Assembly: GCF_006345805.1 (NCBI RefSeq)
Contig: NC_043001.1
Coordinates: 84,196,001-84,260,000 of the forward strand
Source: Octopus sinensis
Taxonomy: Eukaryota
Length of the DNA: 64,000 bases
Direction: 5' to 3'
Made by a program: the position numbers and the translations under genes. Under the pieces are notes generated by a model. The model saw only the letters and a program-made list of their open reading frames with translations. It was not told the origin of the DNA and did no database searches. Below are positions 36,589 through 48,586 of this stretch, in pieces; position 1 is the stretch's first letter, and each line of letters starts with the position of its first letter.

Positions 36589-36620
36589 ATGTATATATAT
36601 ATACGTATATATATATATAC

Positions 36621-36658
<38 letters not shown>

Positions 36659-37021
36659 TATTTGTTGTATATTGGAAACATCAAATTTCAAAATTGTTGC
36701 GAATTGTATTACAGAATAGTGAGGAAGGTCGTCCTTTAGTAGTTAAGTGGCACAGGAAGTTTTCCATTATCCTCAACTGATATTGAACGGAGGCATTATT
36801 ATAAGTTTATTCAGTAAATGGTTTGTGAGTGCTAATTTAAGAGAACGATGTTATAGGAGCTATTTGGTATAATTAGTATTGTGAACTGCAATAAAGAAAT
36901 ATAAATAGATAATCTGTTCCTGCGACAAGAAATGTTCTGTGCCCTTTTCGTCTATCGTAGATGGCGCTTTTAAAAATATGTATGCATAAATATACTTATA
37001 AATACGTACACATCTATATAT

Positions 37022-37068
<47 letters not shown>

Positions 37069-37225
37069 ATGTGTATGTATATATGTATATATATATGTGA
37101 GTGTGTGTGTATGTATGTATATATGTATGTGTGTGTATATATATATGTATATATGTATGTGTATACTTATATATATGCATATATATACATGTATATATAT
37201 ATGTATATATATACATGTATATATG

Positions 37226-37257
<32 letters not shown>

Positions 37258-37383
37258 ATATATATAATATATGTATATATATAAATATAAGTTAGATATA
37301 GGTAGTTATGACAGTCTAAAGCTAAGCACTTATTGACATGAAACTCAGGGCAACCCCAAAGACCGATCATATCTCTCTCTCTA

Positions 37384-37460
<77 letters not shown>

Positions 37461-37494
37461 GTCTATACATACATACATATATTTGTATGTGTAA

Positions 37495-38000
37495 AGTAAC
37501 AGTCTTAGAGAAAAACGATTGGTTTCATAACTAGCGGGAATTAGACATATCTTCCGTTTCTCTAAAAGATAACCGTTCCCTCTGCAAAGAATGTTTTTTT
37601 TTTAAAGCCACTAAAAAATTATGGCCGGGCGAGTTGTCTTACTTTGCCTGATAGCTAGGTTTTCCAATTTTGAAGTAAACATTTCCGAAAATATGGACAA
37701 CTCTCCACGGCGTCCGTCCTGGAGTTCAGGTAACCTCCTGGCTCATATGAGATAATGAGGATTATATATTTTTCTGCCATGCACAATTTACATAGTCTTG
37801 TTCCATTGCAATAGGGCCCACAAGTTACTAGTAATTTCCACCTGGTGTTAAATGGCGTATGATCATCCTTTAGGCGCCATCCGTATGCTGCGAGTATCGT
37901 TGTGTTGCGTCTCTCCTGGACCTTGAAAGAAGATCTGTGGTTGTTCAGGCGAATTTTAAATTTGGATTCACAAGATCCGACAAAGCCCGTACTGAAATTT
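37495..38000 (-). mobile_element. Second Naiad-type PLE 3' fragment (GIY-YIG C-terminal half plus pLTR piece)
   Basis: FVGSCESKFKIRLNNHRSSF...WKLLVTCGPYCNGTRLCKLCMAEK...LNSRTDAVESCPY, homologous to the C-terminus of the 33490 ORF. Confidence 0.82.
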
Positions 38001-39419
38001 AATATAAAAATCAATAATAAACACAAACATGACTCCCATTTACAAAGCCAAGTCGTACAGAAACAAACTAGAGTAAGATATCTGGTTTTTCAATAGTACT
38101 CATGAGCATTGAGAACGACAGTGAAAATATGTCCTAACGAATAATGTAAATAAATTATTAGTAAGGTGAAGTTCACTTAATATGACAACATTACTCACCA
38201 TGCGCAGGTGAGTATAGCCTAGTAGTTTGTACCACGCTTTCGCCCATTGCGTTAGCTCGCTTTGTAGCCGCGAGCAGACATAGATAATATCTTGACCCCG
38301 CTAATCTTGGCACGCATTTGAGGTTGTCGTGCATGACCTGGCTTAGAATTTTGCAATTTAAGGCTGTTGAACCACCAAGCAAAAATAAGAAAATAATGAG
38401 TATAACTCCGTCTAAGGCAAGAAGGCAAACATTTTAAATAGCGCTCTTTAATATGGTGTTTCTCAGTGCTTGAATCGCTCATTTCATCTCTGTTTCTCTC
38501 CGTTTTTTTCTCTCTCTCTATCTCTTTGTCATTTCCTTTATCTCTTCATTTTTCTCTAACACACTTACATAGATTTATACATACATACTCATACATAAAT
38601 ATTTATACATACATACTCATACATAAACATTTTGCTGATAACTTTTGGTAATCTGTTAACTAAATGAGCAAGAATAGAACTACATCTATCAATAGCTTTC
38701 ATTAAAACTGATTACAGGATGGGGCAGACAGGATAGTTCTCTGGGGCTAATGGAAAATGCTTAAAAAATATTTTCGAATTTCATTGTAGGGTACACTAGA
38801 TTGCAGGTATTATGCGAAACCGATCGAGTAAGTAACTAAACAAAGTATTATTCAACTATAAATCTGTTCGAGATGGCGTGTGGCCTAGTGTTTAGGGTGT
38901 GGTACTCACGACTGCGATGTCATGATTTCGATTCCCATATTGGCTGTGCATTGTGTTCATGAGCAAATCAATTCATTTCAGGTTGTTAAGTCTAAGCAGC
39001 TGTAAATGGGTAACCTTTTCACAGATTGTAGAACAAAGGTAAGATGGTGACTCAGGAAAATCACTCAAACAGATGTCTCGTTAGATATATTTTGTATTCA
39101 GCGATCGAAAAGAAGAATAGTACAAACCGTATTATAAATCCCCCACTGGCTGGTATTGGTTGTTCAACCGGGTCGAAGATGAGTGAGTAGCTCTATTCTG
39201 GCTTGTTTGATCATTGTCATTAGGTAACTTAGTACGATGTGATACATCAGTCAGTTCCATTTTTAGTGGCGTAAACCTTGTCGCATCAATTTGGTGTTGG
39301 AAATTTAATAGAAAAAAAAAACGTTGAAAATATAGTGTAGAAATGATGTACTCCTTGTCTAAAACAAAAGGTTATGAATAGCAATCGTTTCTCTAGCTGG
39401 CGTCTTTAGATGCAGGAAT

Positions 39420-39960
39420 CCCAACAGCGAAATGTCTGAGAGAGTGGCTCATGTGAAGTGGAAAGAAATAAGCTATACTTTGTTTACCATATTGAAACTT
39501 AGAAAAAGAGGGGTTACAACATCACCTATGATAACAGAATGGATAGGCTAGCATAAGAAAACATAGACAAATTATCTGATGGGATTCTTGAGTTTGAACG
39601 TAAGTAAATCAGTATAGTTTAAATTATGGAACAGAGAAAGGAACCGGGCAAAGAATTCATTCAAAAGGATTACTGATACATTTTATGGATAAGCAAAATT
39701 GTAGCAGGTAGCAACTCAACAAATATGCTGATAGATAGGAAGCAATTCTTGCGCAGGTAAAAATATGAAAATCTTGCTTGGTACGGTCATGTATCCTGCC
39801 ACAACTCCCTATCCAAAACCATTCTTCGGAACACAGTTGAAGGAGGGTGAAAGAGAGGTACACCGAGAAAATCTTGATTTGGCAACATCAAGGACTGGAC
39901 GAATCACAACTCAGCGAACCTGTTACGCATGACAGACTTTCATAGTCAACCAGTGACGAC
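39420..39960 (+). mobile_element. Degraded RTE-like LINE 3' fragment
   Basis: LAWYGHVSCHNSLSKTILRNTVEGG*KRGTPRKS*FGNIKDWT. Confidence 0.65.
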
Positions 39961-40909
39961 GGTTGACTATGAAAGTTTCTAGAGCGGCTCCCCAGCGGCC
40001 GGCTGCATCAGCTTAGGGATCTTGTTTATTAATGAGTAGGAAAAACTAACTGGATTACTCTTTTGCACTACATTATTAAGATTATCCTATTTTTGAGTAG
40101 ATTTGTATTAGCACTTCGTGGAACCTGTCATCTGAACGGCAATGTCCCCAATGATATCTTCCTTGAACTGGTTGGATTTCTGCTCCGGTAGGATTCCATA
40201 CATGAAACACTTTTGAGGAAGGTAAAAAAAGTGGTGAGCGGCGGGTGAGGGAGTTTGTTTGGACCTCATTTCTCAGCTGAACTATCGTCACAAAATGAAT
40301 TTAAAACAAACATGTCAAAACAATATACTTCATATATAATTTCCTTAGGCATAAATTCACTTTTTCGTGGATTTTGCATGTAAAATTATATATGAATATA
40401 AAACACCACGCCTTCGTAAGCAGGTGATAGTGTGACTCGTATAAAAGCGTTACTTATTTTGTACGCCGGTGTCGTCATATTTAAAAAATCTATCGGAATC
40501 TACCGAGGAAACCCCAATGTATGTATGCCTGTATGTATGTATATGTATATGTATGTACGCATGGATGTATACATATATGTGTGTGTGTATTTGTACATAT
40601 AATTATGTATATATGTATGAGTGAGTGCGTGTGTGTATATGTGTGTGTTTATGTGTGGTTGAGTTTGAGTTCGTAAGTATGTAAAAGTCACTGCATGTAT
40701 GTAGGCAAGTGTATGTGCGTGTTATCTCTTCTCACACCCACTTTACATTAATCCCTCTTTTTAAAACACCTTAATAAATAGGTAAAGATAATAAAGGAAA
40801 TATATATACCCGTAAGGCATTATTTTACTAGCAACCACAGTTACCCTAAAATCCCTTCCCAACTCTTCCTATTTCTTCCTCCTTCCTTTCCACTTTTTCT
40901 TTCTTTCAG

Positions 40910-40952
40910 TTGGTTCCTGAAGAACAACATTTTATTAAAGTTGATGCAACAG
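40910..40952 (+). other. Candidate orphan exon (43 nt)
   Basis: Long polypyrimidine tract ending ttctttcag and donor CAG|gtttgt; two open frames; no recognisable domain. Confidence 0.35.
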
Positions 40953-41382
40953 GTTTGTTGCTATTATTGTTGTTTGTTTTGCAGTACCACATCGATATTC
41001 CCGTTATTATTGCCGATGTTGTAATGCTGGTTGAACATTTTTACTTTTCCCTTTTTCTGTCTCTTTTCTATAGTACGTCTATTTCTCTCTTCGTCTCTCT
41101 CGCATTCTCATAACATGCCCACTGCTCTATATCTTTTCAAATTTTTCTTCCCCACCTTTCACTGTATGTGTGTGTGTGTGTGTATGAAGTTTTAAATGGA
41201 AAAAGATTGCTCTTTCACTGGGATGTATTTTATCCAAGTGTACACAAGTTTAGCTCCATGTTGATTAATACACTTTAGATTTCATTAATTTGTGTTAATA
41301 TTAGAGTTAACACTTATGAAGTTACAGTAATCCTTATAGATGCTTTCATCCATTTGATATAGAACAGAATTTTAATAATTTA

Positions 41383-41737
41383 ATATAATGAAAATGGTGA
41401 GTTTGAACACAGAAAAAAATCAGTTTATTTATATAATAGTGAATTTCATGTCGCCTATGTACGTTTCAATTTCTTACATTCATTCATATTTTGCAATTGA
41501 AAGTGCATTACGCATTTAAAGGGTAAAAATCTCTTCAGGGAAAAAATTGACAAACATTCGTTCACATCCTAATGGATGGTGAGTAGCTTACAGACTTTTT
41601 ATCTTTTAAATGCATCATGCAATCTTAATTGCAAAATATGAATGAAGGTAAGAAATTGAAACGTACGTAGGCGATATGAAATTGATTATTATATAAATAA
41701 ATTGATTTCCTTCGGTGTTCAAACTCTCCATTTTCCT

Positions 41738-41742
<5 letters not shown>
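41383..41742. repeat. Diverged inverted repeat, arms about 150 bp
   Basis: 41383-41532 vs about 41593-41742, roughly 85% identical by eye. Confidence 0.8.
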
Positions 41743-41769
<27 letters not shown>

Positions 41770-41795
41770 TGTATGTATGTATGTATGTATGTATT

Positions 41796-41833
<38 letters not shown>

Positions 41834-41835
41834 TG

Positions 41836-41905
<70 letters not shown>

Positions 41906-41921
41906 GAGGTTTCCAGTTGAT

Positions 41922-42252
41922 CCGATTAATGGAACAGCTTGCGCGTGAAATAACCTGCAAGTGGCGGAACCCTCCACAGACACTTGTACCCTTAAAGTAG
42001 TTCTCGGAGAGATTCAGCGTGACACAGAGTGTATCGAGGCCGGCCCTTTACAGGTACAACAGAAACAGGAAGAAAGAGTGAGAGAAAGTTGTGATGAAAG
42101 AGTACAGCAGAGTTCGGCACTACCCCTGCCAGAGCCTCGTGGAGCTTTAGGCGTTTTCGCTCAATAAACACTCACAATGCCCGGTCTGGTAATCGAAACT
42201 GCGATCCTACAACCGCGAGTCCACTGCCCTAACCATGGGCCATTGCGCCTCC
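41922..42252 (-). mobile_element. SINE family C variant with a different 3' tail
   Basis: Head GGAGGCGCAATGGCCC and body shared with 59701-60003; tail ...GGATCAACTGGAAACCTCGCC differs. Confidence 0.75.
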
Positions 42253-42281
42253 ACACACACACGCACACATATATATATGAA

Positions 42282-42356
<75 letters not shown>

Positions 42357-42465
42357 ATCTATATCTATATCTCTCCCTATTTATATAAATATATATATAT
42401 GGCATCTTCGGCAAGTGTCGTCTATTATAGCCTCATATCAACGAAAGCCTTGAAAGAAGCCTGTC

Positions 42466-42508
<43 letters not shown>

Positions 42509-42798
42509 TATATATATACACATATATATATACGACGGACGTTTCTCAGTTTCCGCCTACCAAATTCACTGAAATTATAACTTCATCATGAAGGCTGCGA
42601 AACGGCCGTAATCCTAAGCATGACAAGGGGTTAAATAAATCTATTCACCTCGCATACCCTTTGATTTTATATATATATTCATGTGTGTGCCTTCTTTGTG
42701 TCTGTGTTTGTCCCCCAACCGTCACTTGACAACCGATGTTGGTGTGTTTACGTCTCCGTAACTTAGCGGTTCGGCAAAAGTCAGTATATAATAAACTG

Positions 42799-43034
42799 TT
42801 CTTTATGTCTGCATTAATACGAAAACTACGCATCATACAATATAGTTGTATATTGAAGAATCAATGCAGATGAAGTACACAATGGTTGTACCAGTGCTTG
42901 AAGCAATGTTAAACATTGGTTTAACCTTCTGCTCTGGAGATTTGATGAACTAGTTTCATTCATCTGCACTGAGTTTTAAATATACAGTTGTATTGTATAA
43001 TGTGTAGCATTCGCATTAGTGCAGACATGAAGAA
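42799..43034. repeat. Diverged inverted repeat, arms about 76 bp
   Basis: 42799-42874 vs 42959-43034, roughly 80% identical by eye. Confidence 0.75.
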
Positions 43035-43384
43035 TAATGTATTATGCACTGAAATTATTATTACATGATGTACGTTGCGAAACGTCTATAAATCCTACAA
43101 ATGCGATGGGGTTAAATAAATATATTCAACTCTCATGCCTCTTGAATTTTCAGGACTTATATACTATTCATGACATAATTCCATCGTCTGGATCTCCTGG
43201 ATTTCAAGTGCATAGAATTCTGCATTATACTCCTTAGTGTGTAATAAATAGGTGGTCTGGTAGCCAGGTCCGCTAACGTAATAGCCATGATTCTATGAAC
43301 CCATATCTGACGGTACTGATTTATATGTATATATGTATACATGTATATATGTATATATGTATATATATATATATATATAATATA

Positions 43385-43416
<32 letters not shown>

Positions 43417-43753
43417 TATATAATATATATATATATAAATATAAATGTGTGTATAAATAATATATATATATCTGCGTGTATAAAATATATATATACATAT
43501 ATACATATATGTATACACACACATACATTCAACTGAGTTTATGTGGTAGAAGAATATACGTGTATATATATGTATATGTATATATATACGCGTATATATA
43601 TACACATATATATGTATATATATAGATATTTATATATATATGTATACGTACATATATATATATATACATAATTAATGATAAAATTAATGATAAAATCAAT
43701 TAATCATCTTATCAATGGATAGTATGTAATAAAAACCATATAGGCAAACATGA

Positions 43754-43790
<37 letters not shown>

Positions 43791-43807
43791 TACATACAAA
43801 TACATAC

Positions 43808-43838
<31 letters not shown>

Positions 43839-43877
43839 CATATATACATATGTTCATTTACATATACATACATATAT

Positions 43878-44098
43878 ATATAATTATAATTAAGGGTACT
43901 GGGAAACACCACATACACGCTAGAGATAGACGTCAAAAGACTCTAAAAACCACTTCAAATTTCACTCCATTAGCAGAAAGCAAGCTTTTAGCCATTTGCT
44001 AATGGAGTGTAATTTGAAGTGGTTTTTAGAGTCTTTTGACGTCTATCTCTAGCGTGTTGGTTGGTGGTGTTTCTTAGTACTCTTAATTATAATTATAT
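43878..44098. repeat. Hairpin with about 100-bp arms and 21-nt loop in (TA)n
   Basis: The inner 60 bp (43916-43975 vs 43997-44056) have one mismatch; the outer arms are more diverged. Confidence 0.9.
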
Positions 44099-44107
44099 CT
44101 ATATAAT

Positions 44108-44237
<130 letters not shown>

Positions 44238-44243
44238 CATACA

Positions 44244-44644
44244 CTCTTACTTGTTTCATTCATTTGACTGCGGCCATGTTGGAGCACCGCCTTTAGTCGA
44301 GCAACTCAACCCCAGGACTTATTCCTTGTATGCCTAGTACGTATTCTAACGTTTTCTTTTGCCGAACCGCTATGGTACTGGGACGTAAACACACCACTAT
44401 CGGTTCTCAGGCGATGTTGGGGGACAAACAAACACACAAACGCATATACACACATACATATATACATATATACATATATACAACGGGCTTCTTTTAGTTT
44501 CCGTCTACCAAATTCACTCACAAGGCTTTGGTCGGGCCGAGGCTATAGCAGTAGACACTTACCCAAGGTGCCACGCAGTGGGAATGAACCCGGAACCATG
44601 TGGCTGGTAAGCAAGCTACTTACCACACAGCCACTCCTGGGCCT
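44244..44644 (-). mobile_element. SINE family A, full-length copy
   Basis: Reverse complement of head, body and tail. Confidence 0.88.
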
Positions 44645-45392
44645 ATAAAAAATGACAAGCTGGCCAGTATGGAGATCGAACCCATGACTTTCGCGTTATT
44701 AGCCACTCCTGCGCCTATATACATACACATACCACATATACCTCACATACACAGGAATACATAGATTCATATATATATATACGTACATACATGCATGCAT
44801 ACGCACACACATACATACATACACACATACATACATACATACGTACTTACGTGTATATCACTCTGTAGCTCGCCCGCGCTTTCCCATTCATTCCTTTTGC
44901 TCATCAATATGCATTCTCTCTCGCTTATCTCTTCCCCTTTCTGTCTTCACCTGTCTTGCGAATGTTTCGATACACAAAACATGCCTTAGGGTTATGTTTT
45001 TGATAAATTACAGAATATTGCAGAAAACGATATACCAACATACCAACACACTAGATAAGAGGATTAGAACTCTAGCTCCCTTTCTCTCTATCTTTCCTGC
45101 GCGTATTTTCCCATCAATTTATCTTCCCTTGTGTCTGTCTGACCTCTTCCTTATGCTGCGTATCACCTGCGCCATGTCAAAATGTGTTAATCTAATTCTT
45201 CTGAACTATAATGTATCTCCTGATGCACCAGTTGCTTCTAAACATGTGGCCTTGAAAACCCCAAAATCTGCATCATTTATTTTCCTCTTCCACACAAACG
45301 ATCCATTCCCTTTTTTTCTGTTCCTCATCTTTCCTATTTCCCTCTTGTTGCATGACTGTTTCTGTTCCCCTCTCCACTTTCATACACGCACG

Positions 45393-45435
<43 letters not shown>

Positions 45436-45754
45436 ACACACACACACACACACAGAAATCATCCACACTCCTGTTGTAAACGACAAATATGGATTCCACA
45501 ATTTTGTTGCTGAGCAACCTTCACCAATGGTTTCTTTATAGTTACTGAATCTTTGTACTGCACATAAACTCATTATTTCCGCCACTAGGACACTCGTCTT
45601 CACCCCAGCCACATACACAGGAACACGCTCACTCACACATACATACACAGATACATATACTCTCAGACACGCACATATATGTAGCTGTGGTTGTGTGGTA
45701 AGAAGCTTGATTGCTTCCTAACCACATGGTTCCGGGTTCAGTTCCACTGCTTGG

Positions 45755-45840
45755 CACAAAAAGTACAAAAAAATGAATAAACAATATATATACTTATTAC
45801 TTATTATATATTGCGTATTCATTTTTTTGTACTTTTTGTG
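45755..45840. repeat. AT-rich hairpin fused to a truncated SINE A head
   Basis: CACAAAAAGTACAAAAAAATGAATA...TATTCATTTTTTTGTACTTTTTGTG; SINE head at about 45680-45755. Confidence 0.8.
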
Positions 45841-46019
45841 ATCTAGTTATACATTTTATAATATATTTTATTTTTTCTTGATGATTTGGTTTATGTCTAT
45901 CATTGTTTGAATTACATAATAGTGGTTTTTCTCTAATTAATATATATTACATATTTATATTGCGAAATTTGATTTAATACTAAATTGAATTTTTCCCTGT
46001 AAGTTTGGAATAATACTAA

Positions 46020-46087
<68 letters not shown>

Positions 46088-46154
46088 GTTTTTTCCTTCT
46101 TTCTTCAAATTTTCTTCCGTTTCTCGCCGAGTGTTTTCCATACACCCAGGGCAG

Positions 46155-46195
<41 letters not shown>

Positions 46196-46283
46196 CATCA
46201 TCATCATCATCATCATCATCATTATTATCATTATTATTATTATTATTATATTATTATTATTATATTATTATTATTATTATTAT

Positions 46284-47110
46284 CAGTAGTTTTATTTTTA
46301 TAGCGTGCTTTCACTTCACTACCGAGCGCAGCTCTGTGTGCCTTGGGTATGTGCTGTGATTTGTTGTGATGCTCTGATGGTTATTGTATGGAAAGTGTTC
46401 TGCGTAGGATGTGTGCAGTGCCTAGTAGTGCAATTTTCTGTATGTTATATGTGTTTGTAAGTCCTGGTGTTTTTGTTATGTATTTGTCTGAATTTTTTTA
46501 TCATGCCTAATGCACCTACTATGATAGGAATTGTTTCTGTTTTCAGATTCCACATTCTAGTTACCTCTATTTCCAGGTCTTTGTATTTTGAGAGTTTCTC
46601 CATTTCTTTTAGAGACACGTTGTCATCTGCCGGTACTGATACATCAATTAGAAAGCATTTTTTTTCTTCATGGTCTCTGACAACTATATCTGGTCTGTTG
46701 GCCTTAATTTCTCTATCTGTGTGTATCGGCATATCCCAGAGTATGGTTGCTTTCTCGTTTTCTGTGACCTTTTCTGGTGTGTGCCTATACCATCTTTTTT
46801 CTGTTGTTATTCCATAATGTTGGCATAGCTTCCAATGTATGTAGGTTCCAACTCTGTCATGTCTGTGAATATATTCCTTCTTAGCCAGGACTGGGCAGCT
46901 AGAGATAATATGATTTATTGTTTCTTGTCCATCTCCACATATTCTGCAGTTACTTGTAATATTTCTTTTCATTACATGTTTTTGGTAATTTCTGGTGGGG
47001 AGGCTTTGGTCTTGTGCTGCAATTAAAAATCCCTCTGTTTCTGCTTTGAGTCCTGAGCTTCTCAACCATTGCTGGGATTTTTCTTTGTCTATTTCTTTTG
47101 CGTTTAGTTT
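46284..47110 (-). mobile_element. 5'-truncated R4/Dong-like non-LTR retrotransposon (restriction-like endonuclease) in a (TAA)n array
   Basis: CCHC knuckle CRICGDGQETINHIISSC, RPDIVVRD..CFLIDV (PD..D), KLSKYKDL, GALG; (ATT)n on both flanks. Confidence 0.88.
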
Positions 47111-47122
47111 AGATTATTATTA

Positions 47123-47189
<67 letters not shown>

Positions 47190-47835
47190 TTGCTGGTGTT
47201 GACATGTAACAGATATATTGGCAGATGCATCCCTTTACTCTGGGAAAAGTTATCAATATGGCATGTACATTACTTCTGCATAGATGAACAAGGTCAGCTG
47301 TAAACACACATATGCACATGTACACACACACACATACACACACACACACATATACATACAGCTCCCCTCACTAGCACACACAAACATCAAGAAAGAGAGA
47401 GAGAGAGAGAGAGAGGAAAAGAGAGACACAGACGCATACTAACAGACAGATTCCATGCACAAGTGGAGTAACACGCAATCATACACAGACATGCAGAGAA
47501 ACCTTCAGACAGGCAGGCATAACACAGGCACAGAGAGAAGTGCGCATGCTTATGCAGACACATGAGTACAGCAACAAAAACACTCTTCATTATAAGTCCT
47601 TCCATAGAACCAGCGTTTCAAGTTCCACGACTTTCCTTTTATATATTCAATATATATGCAGACAGGGACTTTATATTTCATCACCGAATCTACAGCGAAC
47701 GCCGCTCGATGGATTTGTATAGAAATACAAGAAGTGGTTTATTAATGCTGCTGGACTGCAACCCGTGCTAGGTCTGCAGGGTTAGGATTAGGGTGGAGGG
47801 AAAACGGTGCTTTTTACGCAGATTTGCGATATATA

Positions 47836-47998
47836 GGCGTAGGAGTGGCTGTGTGGTAAGTAGCTAGCTTACGAACCACATAGTTCCGGGTTCAGTCCCA
47901 CTGTGTGGCACCTTGGGTAAGTGTCTTCTACTATAGCCTCGGGCCGACCAAAGCCTTGCGAGTGGAGTTGGTAGATGGAAACTGAAAGAAGCCCGTCG

Positions 47999-48055
<57 letters not shown>

Positions 48056-48264
48056 TTGTGTGTCTGTGTTTGTCCCCCCAACATCGCCTGACAACCGATG
48101 CTGGTGTGTTTACATCCCCGTAACTTAGCAGTTCGGCAAGAAACCGATAGAATAAGTACTAGGCTTACAAAGAATAAGTCCTGGGGGCGATTTGGTCGAC
48201 TAAAGGGCGGTGCTCCATCATGGCCACAGTCAAATGACTGAAACAAGTAAAAGAGTAAAAGAGT
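47836..48264 (+). mobile_element. SINE family A, full-length copy
   Basis: Head GGCGTAGGAGTGGCTGTGTGG through tail AAGAGTAAAAGAG. Confidence 0.9.
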
Positions 48265-48586
48265 ATATGTTTTCAAGAATAAATTTTTTTATTGCGGAAT
48301 CCTTTAATAACAACTGTGTAAAAATCTGAAGATAGTAAATCTACATCTTTAGGCTTGGAAGCCCACTTGGAATTTTGAATAATGAGCGAAACATCAATTT
48401 ATAACACATTTGCCGTTCCTCATTTTATTTTTTATATTCAATTTTCTTTTGCAAAATCCTTTAGAGACAAGAGAGTTAAAATTTCAGTCTCTCAAATTTA
48501 TGCCTCCAGGCCCCGCATCCACTTGAAAATTTGAAATTACGTGAAACGAAGACACTTTTCGACTTTGTTTTCTTTATTATTTTTAA

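Noticed and set aside
41455-41545. CTGAAGA...GAAACGTA on the minus strand
   Set aside because: Stem I cannot form; probably a chance match in AT-rich sequence.
44994-45479. 161-aa ORF
   Set aside because: TTG start, pyrimidine-rich low complexity, ends in (CA)n, and has no motif or splice support.
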